Source: a virus. Taken from it: DNA of 48,220 nt. Shown piece after piece: positions 1 to 6,621 of the stretch. Position 1 is the first letter of the stretch; every line of letters starts with the position of its first letter. The notes beneath the pieces were generated by a model. That model had not been told where the DNA came from and made no database searches. It worked only from the letters and a program-made list of their open reading frames with translations. The stretch covers positions 1 to 48,220 of IMG/VR virus record IMGVR_UViG_3300009285_000016; one strand, written 5' to 3'. The translations under genes were made by a program, and so were the position numbers.

Positions 1-77
1 CCCTTCAACAGGCACTTGTAAAACCTTAATGTCACGCTTATTCTATCCCACATGGGACGAATTTCAAGGTGGGAAAC
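1..77. repeat. 77-bp terminal direct repeat, copy 1 (identical to 48144-48220); most simply a circular-assembly overlap
   Basis: Bases 1-77 (cccttcaacaggcacttg...ggtgggaaac) match the last 77 bases of the window exactly when read by eye. Confidence 0.9.
16..44 (+). promoter_or_regulatory. Putative sigma70-like promoter (TTGTAA-17 nt-TATTCT) placing the transcription start at or next to the ATG at 52 (leaderless mRNA candidate)
   Basis: -35-like TTGTAA at 16-21, 17-nt spacer, -10-like TATTCT at 39-44. The ATG at 52 is only 7 nt downstream and has no SD sequence. Confidence 0.3.
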
Positions 78-252
78 GAAGAGTACGAAGCCACACAGAG
101 CTACCGGCAAGCCGCGTGGGAGACCTACAAAAACCCTACTGAAAGAATTACAAGCTGCCGTTTACGCAGCGCGGCAAGTCAACCGCAATAAGGCTGTAAA
201 GCTTGAGCTTTATGAGCAGTTACTTCAACAAAAAACACTCTCAAAAACCTAA
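52..252 (+). CDS. Small basic protein (66 aa) with an AT-hook-like GKPRGRPTK motif; putative DNA-binding regulator
   Basis: ORF track entry. The N-terminal half is rich in K/R and contains PRGRP, the core of the AT-hook motif. It lies in the control region facing the iteron array. Confidence 0.5.
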   Translation: MGRISRWETKSTKPHRATGKPRGRPTKTLLKELQAAVYAARQVNRNKAVKLELYEQLLQQKTLSKT

Positions 253-358
253 ACTTTTCCGCTGAGTGTGTAAATACGTCCTATCGCGACATAGGGACAA
301 CGGGCCGTGCCACCTTATAGGTACCCCCTGAAGGTAACATGCTGTAGAGAGTGAGGTC

Positions 359-407
359 TAGAGTCTACATGTGGTGTAGAGTCTACATGTAGACTAGAGT
401 CTACATG
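359..407. repeat. Iteron-like array: three exact 13-bp direct repeats TAGAGTCTACATG at 18-bp spacing, plus an embedded 14-bp palindrome GTCTACATGTAGAC (381-394)
   Basis: Copies at 359-371, 377-389 and 395-407. Degenerate GAGGTCTA half-sites flank them at 353-360 and 408-415. Confidence 0.85.
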
Positions 408-503
408 AGGTCTATATACATCATAACGCATTGCGTAGAACCAAGGCACATAGCCGCTTCGCTGCGACGGTAAACCACGTTGCGGTAATAGCGAGGTTCT
501 ATC

Positions 504-533
504 GAGCGTAGTAACTTTGCAGCTACTACGCTC
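504..533. other. Perfect 10-bp stem / 10-nt loop inverted repeat (GAGCGTAGTA...TACTACGCTC) just downstream of the minus-strand gene ending at 548
   Basis: Read directly from the sequence. There is no U-tract on either strand, so it is not a canonical intrinsic terminator. Confidence 0.6.
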
Positions 534-547
534 TGTAGAATACCGCG

Positions 548-1024
548 TTACGCGGGTGCTGCGATAAGAGCGCCAACTTGCTCAGCCGTTGCTCCTAACG
601 TAGGAGCATTGCTTACCTTGCGCTGGCGGCGCGTTTGCCGCGTCAAAGTGTCCGCTGCAAGCGCTTGCTGCACTGCGCTGGCTACTGCTTTAGCAATTTC
701 CGTTTGCAGGTCAATAACAGGGCCGCTCTTTTGTGCGGTTTCGCTCTTGGGCTTGCTGGTATCATACTGTGTTGCGATGCTTGCTGCTTTGATAAGTGCG
801 TTACCCAATGGACCAGCCTCGAGCGCAGCAATACGCCCGAGGTCACCGAACCATTGGGAACCGTCCTTGCGTGCGCCTACACGCTTACACGATACCTTAG
901 CGCCTCCGCCATTATACTCGCGCACTTCGACAACAATCTTAGTAGACGCGCTTCCAGGGAGTTCCGCAATAGTGTGGAGTAGAACATCTTTCGTTGCATC
1001 ATAACTACCTTTTCTCTGAAACAT
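548..1024 (-). CDS. Putative PC4/YdbC-like ssDNA-binding protein (158 aa)
   Basis: Internal ATG at 1024 is preceded by AAAGGAGCAACACAAAATG, a good SD. The segment IAELPGSASTKIVVEVREYNGGGAKVSCKRVGARKDGSQWFGDLGRIAALE resembles the PC4/YdbC beta-sheet-helix pattern. The 306-aa form in the ORF track runs through the divergent control region and into the next gene. Confidence 0.45.
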   Translation of the reverse strand: MFQRKGSYDATKDVLLHTIAELPGSASTKIVVEVREYNGGGAKVSCKRVGARKDGSQWFGDLGRIAALEAGPLGNALIKAASIATQYDTSKPKSETAQKSGPVIDLQTEIAKAVASAVQQALAADTLTRQTRRQRKVSNAPTLGATAEQVGALIAAPA

Positions 1025-1142
1025 TTTGTGTTGCTCCTTTGGCGCCGCGAAATTGTGGCGTTCGGCATTCGTGTACTGCAAGCGACGTGCCGACATTATT
1101 ACAGCACATAAGTACTCAGAATTACGTAGTGGCACGTGTTTT

Positions 1143-1208
1143 GCTTTTGCGTAAAGCGTTTCGCGCTTGTGCGAAACAAAATGCGCGCTTTTGCGTAAAG
1201 CGTTTCGC
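1143..1208. repeat. Two exact 22-bp direct repeats GCTTTTGCGTAAAGCGTTTCGC (1143-1164, 1187-1208) enclosing an inverted repeat GTTTCGC-N6-GCGAAAC (1158-1177); operator-like
   Basis: Read directly. Located in the divergent intergenic region between the genes starting at 1024 (-) and 1337 (+). Confidence 0.8.
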
Positions 1209-1290
1209 ATAAGCAAGTAGTGTGCCAGTAAACAATTTCGCGGGGTTACGTTCTGGCACGCCTTGTGCAACGAGGGTTTCTCGCCAAACG

Positions 1291-1315
1291 GTGTGCCGCA
1301 TGGTGCGGCAAACAC
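1291..1315 (+). promoter_or_regulatory. Inverted repeat / 5' leader hairpin GTGTGCCGCA-TGG-TGCGGC(AA)ACAC immediately upstream of the SD of the first rightward gene
   Basis: 10 bp of pairing with an AA bulge. The SD AAGGAG at 1321-1326 follows. Confidence 0.5.
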
Positions 1316-1336
1316 CTGATAAGGAGACTTTTTATC

Positions 1337-1519
1337 ATGGAACCCAATTACACAATCTATGCACGCTGGGTAACAGGAATGGTTGAAAAAGTAGACGAAG
1401 CAGAAACTAAGGAAGAGGCGCGCTACCTTGTACGTGAATATCGTTTTGCATACGGAGAACATGCGCACGAAGTTTGGCTTGAAAAGAAGTGTGGCAACAC
1501 TTTTGCGGAGGCAACATGA
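1337..1519 (+). CDS. Hypothetical early protein (60 aa)
   Basis: ATG at 1337 lies 10 nt after AAGGAG. It is the first gene of the rightward operon. Confidence 0.6.
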   Translation: MEPNYTIYARWVTGMVEKVDEAETKEEARYLVREYRFAYGEHAHEVWLEKKCGNTFAEAT

Positions 1520-1716
1520 CTAAGAAAGATTACATTAAACTTGCAAAGGCCATTGCCGCCCCTCAAAACTGGATTAACCAAAGTGAACACGCCAGAGTAC
1601 GTGTAGCGGTGCGAGTTGCTGATGTATGCCAAGAGGATAATCCACGTTTTAATAGGGCCCTTTTTCTAGAGGCATGTTGGCGCACTGAAGAACCCAAAAA
1701 GGAAACAAAAACATGA
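1516..1716 (+). CDS. Hypothetical early protein (66 aa)
   Basis: ATG at 1516 follows GGAGG and overlaps the upstream stop by 4 nt. Confidence 0.6.
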   Translation: MTKKDYIKLAKAIAAPQNWINQSEHARVRVAVRVADVCQEDNPRFNRALFLEACWRTEEPKKETKT

Positions 1717-2042
1717 AAACACTTTATAAATTACACATTGGCGGAAACGTAGAAGGAAAGCCTTGTTTTAGTTGTGAAGCAATTGAAAACCACGTTAAAG
1801 CGGCGCTATATCGCAGCCATATAGACGCAGCAACACTTACTCACTGCGCAGGTGTTTGGCGTGGCACCTCTGAACCTTCAGTTACCGTAGAGATTATAGA
1901 AACTCCACAGGTTGCGGTAACTAGAATACAGGTTGTGGACGTTTGTCGGCAATTACAAGCAACGCTTCGTCAAGAAGAAATTTTGGTCACAGTACAACAG
2001 CTTGATGAAGTTTTGCTCAACACGAAAGGCGGTACATTATGA
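1713..2042 (+). CDS. Hypothetical protein (109 aa), possibly DUF3574-like
   Basis: ATGA overlap with the upstream gene. The pattern GVWRGTSEPSVTVEII...LRQEEILV recalls the DUF3574 family; this is from memory only and was not searched. Confidence 0.55.
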   Translation: MKTLYKLHIGGNVEGKPCFSCEAIENHVKAALYRSHIDAATLTHCAGVWRGTSEPSVTVEIIETPQVAVTRIQVVDVCRQLQATLRQEEILVTVQQLDEVLLNTKGGTL

Positions 2043-2890
2043 AAGCAATAACTTTATACAAACTTACAAACCAAAACCTGCAAACACATGGTGGTTATCA
2101 ATGGGAACTTGGAGTATGGAAAAGTGCGCCCGGAAATGGGGAGCTTTGTTCTACTAGCTGGCTGCATGCTTATGAATCGCCAGAATTGGCAGTACTACTA
2201 AATCCAATTCATGGTCGAATAAAGAATCCGTTACTGTGGCGTGCAGAAGGTAAGGGGAAGGGTTTAGACGATAACGGGCTGAAATGTGGCGTTACTAAAT
2301 TGCGCTTGCTGGAACAAGTAATCATGCCTGTTTACACGCCAGTGCAAAAAGCAGCTTTTAGTATTTATTGTGCACTATTTGTTTTTCAGGACAAAAATTT
2401 TATAGCATGGGCAGAAGCTTGGCTCGCTAGAAAAAACAGAACTGCTTACGCTGCTGCTGCTGCTAATGCTGCTGCTTACACTGTTGCTGCTGTTGCTACT
2501 AATGCTGCTATTGCTTACGCTAATGCTGCTGTTACTGCTGCTACTGCTTACGCTGCTGCTACTAATGCTGCTAATACTGCTGCTACTGCTACTAATACTG
2601 CTACTGCTTACGCTGCTGCTGTTACTGCTGCTACTGCTTACGCTACTGCTGCTGCTAAGGCTGCTGCTAATGCTGCTGCTAATACTACTGCTGCTGTTAC
2701 TGCTGCTACTGCTTACGCTGCTTACGTTGCTACTGCTGCTGCTACTGCTGCTGCTGCTAATACTGCTGCTAATACTGCTACTAATGCTGCTAATGCAGCT
2801 TCCGTTGCTAATGCAGTTTCCGCTGCTGTTACAACAGAAGCAGCATTTATACTGCAATTAGCTGCGGAAGCTGCAAAGGATATAACATGA
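2039..2890 (+). CDS. Two-part protein (283 aa): globular N-terminal domain plus an approximately 130-aa Ala/Thr/Asn/Tyr low-complexity repeat region
   Basis: ATGA-coupled start. The N-terminus reads YKLTNQNLQTHGGYQWELGVW...LCSTSWLHAYESPELAVLLNP. The C-terminal half is A-A-x-A-A-type repeats, with AAVTAATAYA present three times. Confidence 0.7.
   Translation: MKAITLYKLTNQNLQTHGGYQWELGVWKSAPGNGELCSTSWLHAYESPELAVLLNPIHGRIKNPLLWRAEGKGKGLDDNGLKCGVTKLRLLEQVIMPVYTPVQKAAFSIYCALFVFQDKNFIAWAEAWLARKNRTAYAAAAANAAAYTVAAVATNAAIAYANAAVTAATAYAAATNAANTAATATNTATAYAAAVTAATAYATAAAKAAANAAANTTAAVTAATAYAAYVATAAATAAAANTAANTATNAANAASVANAVSAAVTTEAAFILQLAAEAAKDIT
2441..2831. repeat. GCT-rich coding low-complexity/tandem repeat region; an exact 30-mer gctgctgttactgctgctactgcttacgct occurs 3 times (2525-2554, 2615-2644, 2690-2719)
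   Basis: Read directly. All three forward/reverse frames stay open here (Ala-, Leu- and Ser-rich ORFs in the track), which is typical of a trinucleotide-biased repeat. Confidence 0.85.
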
Positions 2891-3078
2891 ACTTTACAGG
2901 AGAAAGCCAAGCGGAATTTCTGTTTAGAAGACTTGTTCTTGTACGTAATATGGTTCAAAACGCAGTTACTTACTGCGGTTTAGACAAAGATAACGTAGGA
3001 CAATTTCTTTTAGAGAATATCTTGCGCATTGTAGACGAAGGCTTGCGGATTGTGAAAAGCGAAGACAACATCAAATGA
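2887..3078 (+). CDS. Hypothetical early protein (63 aa)
   Basis: ATGA overlap with the upstream gene, same strand, dense packing. Confidence 0.5.
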   Translation: MNFTGESQAEFLFRRLVLVRNMVQNAVTYCGLDKDNVGQFLLENILRIVDEGLRIVKSEDNIK

Positions 3079-3263
3079 CACCAAACACTAAACAAAAAAT
3101 TGATGCTACACTCGCGAAGTTTCGCGTACAGCGTTGGAAAACTCAAGTTTTTACAACGCAGCTTGAAGAACTGAAAAAGCGTCTTACGATACGCTACCCA
3201 ACAGCACCGAAGGAATTTATCACGCAAAAAGCAAAACATTTACTTTACCGCGTTAGTAATTAA
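3075..3263 (+). CDS. Hypothetical early protein (62 aa), basic
   Basis: ATGA overlap with the upstream gene. Confidence 0.5.
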   Translation: MTPNTKQKIDATLAKFRVQRWKTQVFTTQLEELKKRLTIRYPTAPKEFITQKAKHLLYRVSN

Positions 3264-3287
3264 CGCAGAGAATTAAGGAGGAGGCTT

Positions 3288-5024
3288 ATGAGTTCTGTAG
3301 AGATTACAGCCAAAACACAGAAAGCACGCGGAATTCAAGCTTTGTTAACCGACCCAGTACTTAAATACTTCACTCCATACATAATAGTTAGACCAGCCGC
3401 ATCAAAAAAAGCTTTAACGCATTTTGAGGGCTTTCCGAGCTTTGTCCGTCCGTGTCCTAAAATACCTAGACACGGTTTTGTAGATAGTCGAGTTGTAAAT
3501 ACTTTAGAAGAATTTGAGACCTTACGGCAAGAAACACTGCGTGAAGATGTTGATGCTGAACTTTTGTTCATGACCGAGATACAGGCTGTTGCTTCGGCAA
3601 TTTTTCTACCCGAACAAGGTTACCTCATTCTTGGACCAAGCAACGACGGTGCAACAAAGGGTTATGAAACGAAAATTTTATCTCTCGTTTCAACACAGCT
3701 TTCAAGTAGTTTAAAAGAAAAAGCTGGAATTACGCAAACTCCTTTCTTGGAAATTGTTTACTCGTTGGAAAAACCATATTTTGTTCAGTTACGTGATGGG
3801 CCTACGCCACCGCTTGAAACGTCTTTAGATTTTATACCCCACAAAACACGTATTGCGGAGATAGTGGCGCCTGGAGATGATTTGTTGGCTTTTGAAAAGC
3901 TTGCAGTAAAACTTAAAGGGCGTCGAGATGTAGTTGTTATGCAAGTCGGAGCTTCTCTTGCGTGTCATGCGGCAATTCATTGCGTGATAAATGCAATTCC
4001 CTTTGTGTGTTCACGAAAAGTAGTTATAGGCGAACAGTTACTTCCTACGCGACGTAGAAAAGTTGTGAAAAAGCTAGTACGCACTGAATTGTATGCTGGA
4101 ATTGATTTTGCACAAACGCAATTAAGAACTAATGTTAATAAAAACGCTTTATTCTGGTTTGTTACTGCTGTTTTACATAATTGGGCAGCACTACGAGAAA
4201 CTGAACATGGGGCACGTTTACTAGCAGCAGCAGTTACTATTTTTCTTGCGTACGGTGCAGCGTCTTGTATAGGCGAACTTCGTCATTCGAAGAAAAAAAT
4301 AAAGCCTCTAACGCGCTCTTATTACTATGAAGAAGTTTTTGCTAATGCAGTAAAATCTTGGCGTGGTTTTTCAGGATGCAGCAAAAAGTTTGCTGACGGA
4401 ACTTTGTGGAGCAACGGTTATGGTGGGGCTACCTGGCTAGTTTGTAGTATGGCGTGTACTACAATTTTAAAAGCATTTTCCGTTTTGGTTAATAGTAAAG
4501 CAACTTCATTTTCTAGAAAAAAGCTTGATAAGGTGGCGAGTACGCTTAATAACGCTGTAAATCTTGCACATAATAATGGTTGGTGGCTAAACAAAATTGT
4601 TTCAGATTCACAGTTAAATTTTGTAGCAAAGCACGCTGGTTTGCATGCGGCTAATAATGGTGCACAACTTTTTAAAGCACTTACACATACAGACGCGCCT
4701 GTAATTAAAGTACCATGTGTAAGAAACTTTAAAAAGCTTAAAGTTGCAACACGTAAACTTATTGCTGCGCAAGTTCGTATTCTTAGCCCAGACAAGCTAC
4801 GATTTCAGTTGCGCTTTTCTAACTCTTCGTGGGAAGAAACAGATTTTACTGTTTCAAGGCCGTTATCTAACTTGCTTTTTACAAACGTAGAAAAAAGTTT
4901 TGCAAACACAAACCAACTTTACACGTCTTGTGTACTCAGTACATACGGAATTTTTCTACAACAAATCCTTTTGATTAGTTACGAAGAACTTTCTCTAAAA
5001 CTTGGTTTTTCAGTGGAGGTTTAA
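3288..5024 (+). CDS. PEP-utilising-enzyme-like phosphotransferase (dikinase-like, 578 aa): ATP-grasp (PPDK_N-like) N-terminus, phosphohistidine swivel motif, novel C-terminal domain
   Basis: Strong SD (AAGGAGGAGGCTTATG).
- FVRPCPKIPRHGFVDSRVV, LLFMTEIQAVASAIFL...GPSNDGATKG and YFVQLRDGPT parallel the vRSSa..ED..sFAGq, vlVQ.mv...SGV...GlGe.vV.G and ilQ.RP.T blocks of PPDK_N.
- GRRDVVVMQVGASLACHAAIHCVINAIPFVCS matches the GG.tSHaAIvaRe.giPaVvg swivel motif; the putative catalytic His227 codon is at 3966-3968.
- Residues from about 250 to 578 show none of the PEPS/PPDK TIM-barrel motifs I know. Confidence 0.6.
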   Translation: MSSVEITAKTQKARGIQALLTDPVLKYFTPYIIVRPAASKKALTHFEGFPSFVRPCPKIPRHGFVDSRVVNTLEEFETLRQETLREDVDAELLFMTEIQAVASAIFLPEQGYLILGPSNDGATKGYETKILSLVSTQLSSSLKEKAGITQTPFLEIVYSLEKPYFVQLRDGPTPPLETSLDFIPHKTRIAEIVAPGDDLLAFEKLAVKLKGRRDVVVMQVGASLACHAAIHCVINAIPFVCSRKVVIGEQLLPTRRRKVVKKLVRTELYAGIDFAQTQLRTNVNKNALFWFVTAVLHNWAALRETEHGARLLAAAVTIFLAYGAASCIGELRHSKKKIKPLTRSYYYEEVFANAVKSWRGFSGCSKKFADGTLWSNGYGGATWLVCSMACTTILKAFSVLVNSKATSFSRKKLDKVASTLNNAVNLAHNNGWWLNKIVSDSQLNFVAKHAGLHAANNGAQLFKALTHTDAPVIKVPCVRNFKKLKVATRKLIAAQVRILSPDKLRFQLRFSNSSWEETDFTVSRPLSNLLFTNVEKSFANTNQLYTSCVLSTYGIFLQQILLISYEELSLKLGFSVEV

Positions 5025-5831
5025 ATGTCAACACAGGAAATTGGTTTTCAAAGTTATTTAAACAACAATAATGTTGCGCCTTATAAGCGCGAAAATTATC
5101 AACAATGGGAGCCTATCAAAAAGTGTCTTCACACGCCAACGCTTTTGTTTTCTAGAGAGCATGTAAATTACTACATTGCAGCAAAACCAGACAGATTAGA
5201 TAAAGCACCAAAAAATGCTGTGTATGTTTCGTTCTGTGGTGATTATCTCAATAACCATCCTGTTGTCGTCGTACATGACGCACGCTTTTTAGGGTTAGAA
5301 GAACAGAGCGTACAGTACAGCGTACCTGCCTTGTGTGTAGATTGGTCAGATTTTGATGTTCCAGCGTTGAAAAAAACTTTTTGGCGTGTGTTGCACGAAA
5401 AGTTGGCTGCGCTTGACCCAAAAGAGGTTAATGTGGTTTTCTACTGTGCGGGTGGTCATGGGCGTTCAGGCACCGCAATAACTGCTATGTTGATAGACGG
5501 AACTTGGAACACTGACGAAGCTTTGGAGTATGTAAGAAAAGGGCATTGTAAAAGCACGGTAGAAACTTCAATACAAGAAGATTATCTTTACCAATTAGAT
5601 TTTGAACTAAATGGGAGAAAAATTCCGAAAAAGGAATCTGTTGTAACAACATATTCTACAACTCCTTCTAGCCCAACACATAAGTTAACAAAGCGTGAAA
5701 AGAAAGAACGTAGAAAGTTGTTGTGTGAGCAGTGGAATGGCAATAAAACGGAGCCGGCTTTTACTGTCGACTTAGATGGAGGCGTAACAGATTCAAACCA
5801 TTACAATGCCCCTGAATGGTGGCGGGAGTAG
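5025..5831 (+). CDS. Cys-X5-Arg phosphatase (PTP/dual-specificity phosphatase superfamily, 268 aa)
   Basis: The signature VVFYCAGGHGRSGTAITAML is the C-x2-G-x-G-R-S-G-T P-loop (Cys141 codon at 5445-5447, Arg147). A candidate general-acid region DWSDFDVP lies about 30 aa upstream. The start ATG abuts the upstream TAA (TAAATG), with GGAGG inside the upstream gene. Confidence 0.75.
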   Translation: MSTQEIGFQSYLNNNNVAPYKRENYQQWEPIKKCLHTPTLLFSREHVNYYIAAKPDRLDKAPKNAVYVSFCGDYLNNHPVVVVHDARFLGLEEQSVQYSVPALCVDWSDFDVPALKKTFWRVLHEKLAALDPKEVNVVFYCAGGHGRSGTAITAMLIDGTWNTDEALEYVRKGHCKSTVETSIQEDYLYQLDFELNGRKIPKKESVVTTYSTTPSSPTHKLTKREKKERRKLLCEQWNGNKTEPAFTVDLDGGVTDSNHYNAPEWWRE

Positions 5832-5835
5832 AAAC

Positions 5836-6270
5836 ATGAAGAAAGCAGAGTTAGAACTTGCAAAACTTGTTGTAGATGTGCCCTCTACGGAACTTTCACA
5901 GAATGTGGTGAAACTTGTTTTAGACATGGCGTTATTAACGACTTTACTGTCTGGAGCAGAAAGCTACTGTAAAACGGCTATTAAAACGACAGAAAAACTT
6001 TGTAGCGTTGCGTCGGAAAAGGACCGCATAGTGCTACAAAGTTTTCTTGAAAATTTAAGGTTTGTCACTACCTTAATCAAAGAAGCTTGGTTTACAATAG
6101 TTACTGACTACACCGAAACTTTCGGTTCGCTTTCAGCACCTTGCGAATGTATTTCACTAAGTTATACAGAAGCACTAATAAACTTTTTGTCAAAGAAAGA
6201 GGTTCAAGAAAACGTTGTAAACTGCGGTTTAGATGCTTATCAACTTAAAAGAGAGCTTGATAGTAAGTAA
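5836..6270 (+). CDS. Hypothetical helical protein (144 aa), third gene of the dikinase/phosphatase cassette
   Basis: ATG at 5836 after GGGAG, only 4 nt after the phosphatase stop. No recognisable motif. Confidence 0.55.
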   Translation: MKKAELELAKLVVDVPSTELSQNVVKLVLDMALLTTLLSGAESYCKTAIKTTEKLCSVASEKDRIVLQSFLENLRFVTTLIKEAWFTIVTDYTETFGSLSAPCECISLSYTEALINFLSKKEVQENVVNCGLDAYQLKRELDSK

Positions 6271-6430
6271 AGATTTTCAAACTCTTTACCGCAGACAGGA
6301 CAAAAATGTTTTCCCTCTTGCAGTTCGATGATTACTATAACAAAACTGTGCTTACAGAAATCACAGCACCATTGAACTGCAAGTTGAGGAATCACCACAC
6401 AAATTTTATCGTTTAAGGAGACATAAAGCA

Positions 6431-6610
6431 ATGCAAACTTATCCGCGTTATAAAAATTCTGCCCCGGCGCATATCCTTTGTACTTGTCCGCCAGATAGCT
6501 ATAAAAGGTTTCGACAAAACGTACCTCAGCTAGAAACGGTAGAAAACAACAAACCCGTCTCCAAAATTGTGGTGCCTTTGGCTACGTTTTGGGACCCAGA
6601 ATACTACTAA
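6431..6610 (+). CDS. Small hypothetical protein (59 aa; below the ORF-track cutoff)
   Basis: Hand translation gives MQTYPRYKNSAPAHILCTCPPDSYKRFRQNVPQLETVENNKPVSKIVVPLATFWDPEYY*. The ATG is preceded by AAGGAG at a 10-nt spacing. Confidence 0.5.
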   Translation: MQTYPRYKNSAPAHILCTCPPDSYKRFRQNVPQLETVENNKPVSKIVVPLATFWDPEYY

Positions 6611-6621
6611 AAGTGCAGACC

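Noticed and set aside
1-77. Treating the 77-bp end repeat as an LTR-like mobile-element boundary or att site
   Set aside because: It is an exact duplicate at the two ends of the window, it cuts through a functional-looking promoter/ORF start, and nothing recombinase-like is nearby. An assembly overlap of a circular molecule is the simpler explanation.
609-1004. Plus-strand ORFs 609-1004 and 635-982, antisense to the PC4-like gene
   Set aside because: No SD. Cys/Ala/Leu-rich low-complexity translations are typical of the antisense frame of a real gene. The minus-strand frame has an SD and a plausible fold pattern.
548-1468. 306-aa minus-strand ORF as given in the track
   Set aside because: Its N-terminal 148 codons cross the repeat-rich divergent control region and overlap the SD-preceded rightward gene at 1337. 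An internal ATG at 1024 has a good SD, and everything recognisable lies downstream of it. I therefore call only 548-1024.
2375-2861. Ser-rich (minus, 160 aa) and Leu-rich (plus, 131 aa) ORFs across the GCT repeat
   Set aside because: These are alternative frames kept open only by the trinucleotide bias of the repeat. Only the Ala-rich frame is continuous with a globular N-terminal domain and a coupled start codon.
6240-6431. Antisense 63-aa ORF with CxxC...CxxC (CDFC...CPVCGKEF), a possible zinc-ribbon gene
   Set aside because: It has a TTG start with no SD. It is oriented against a uniformly rightward operon and overlaps the 3' end of the upstream gene. I keep it only as a note, because it covers an otherwise unexplained 160-bp stretch.
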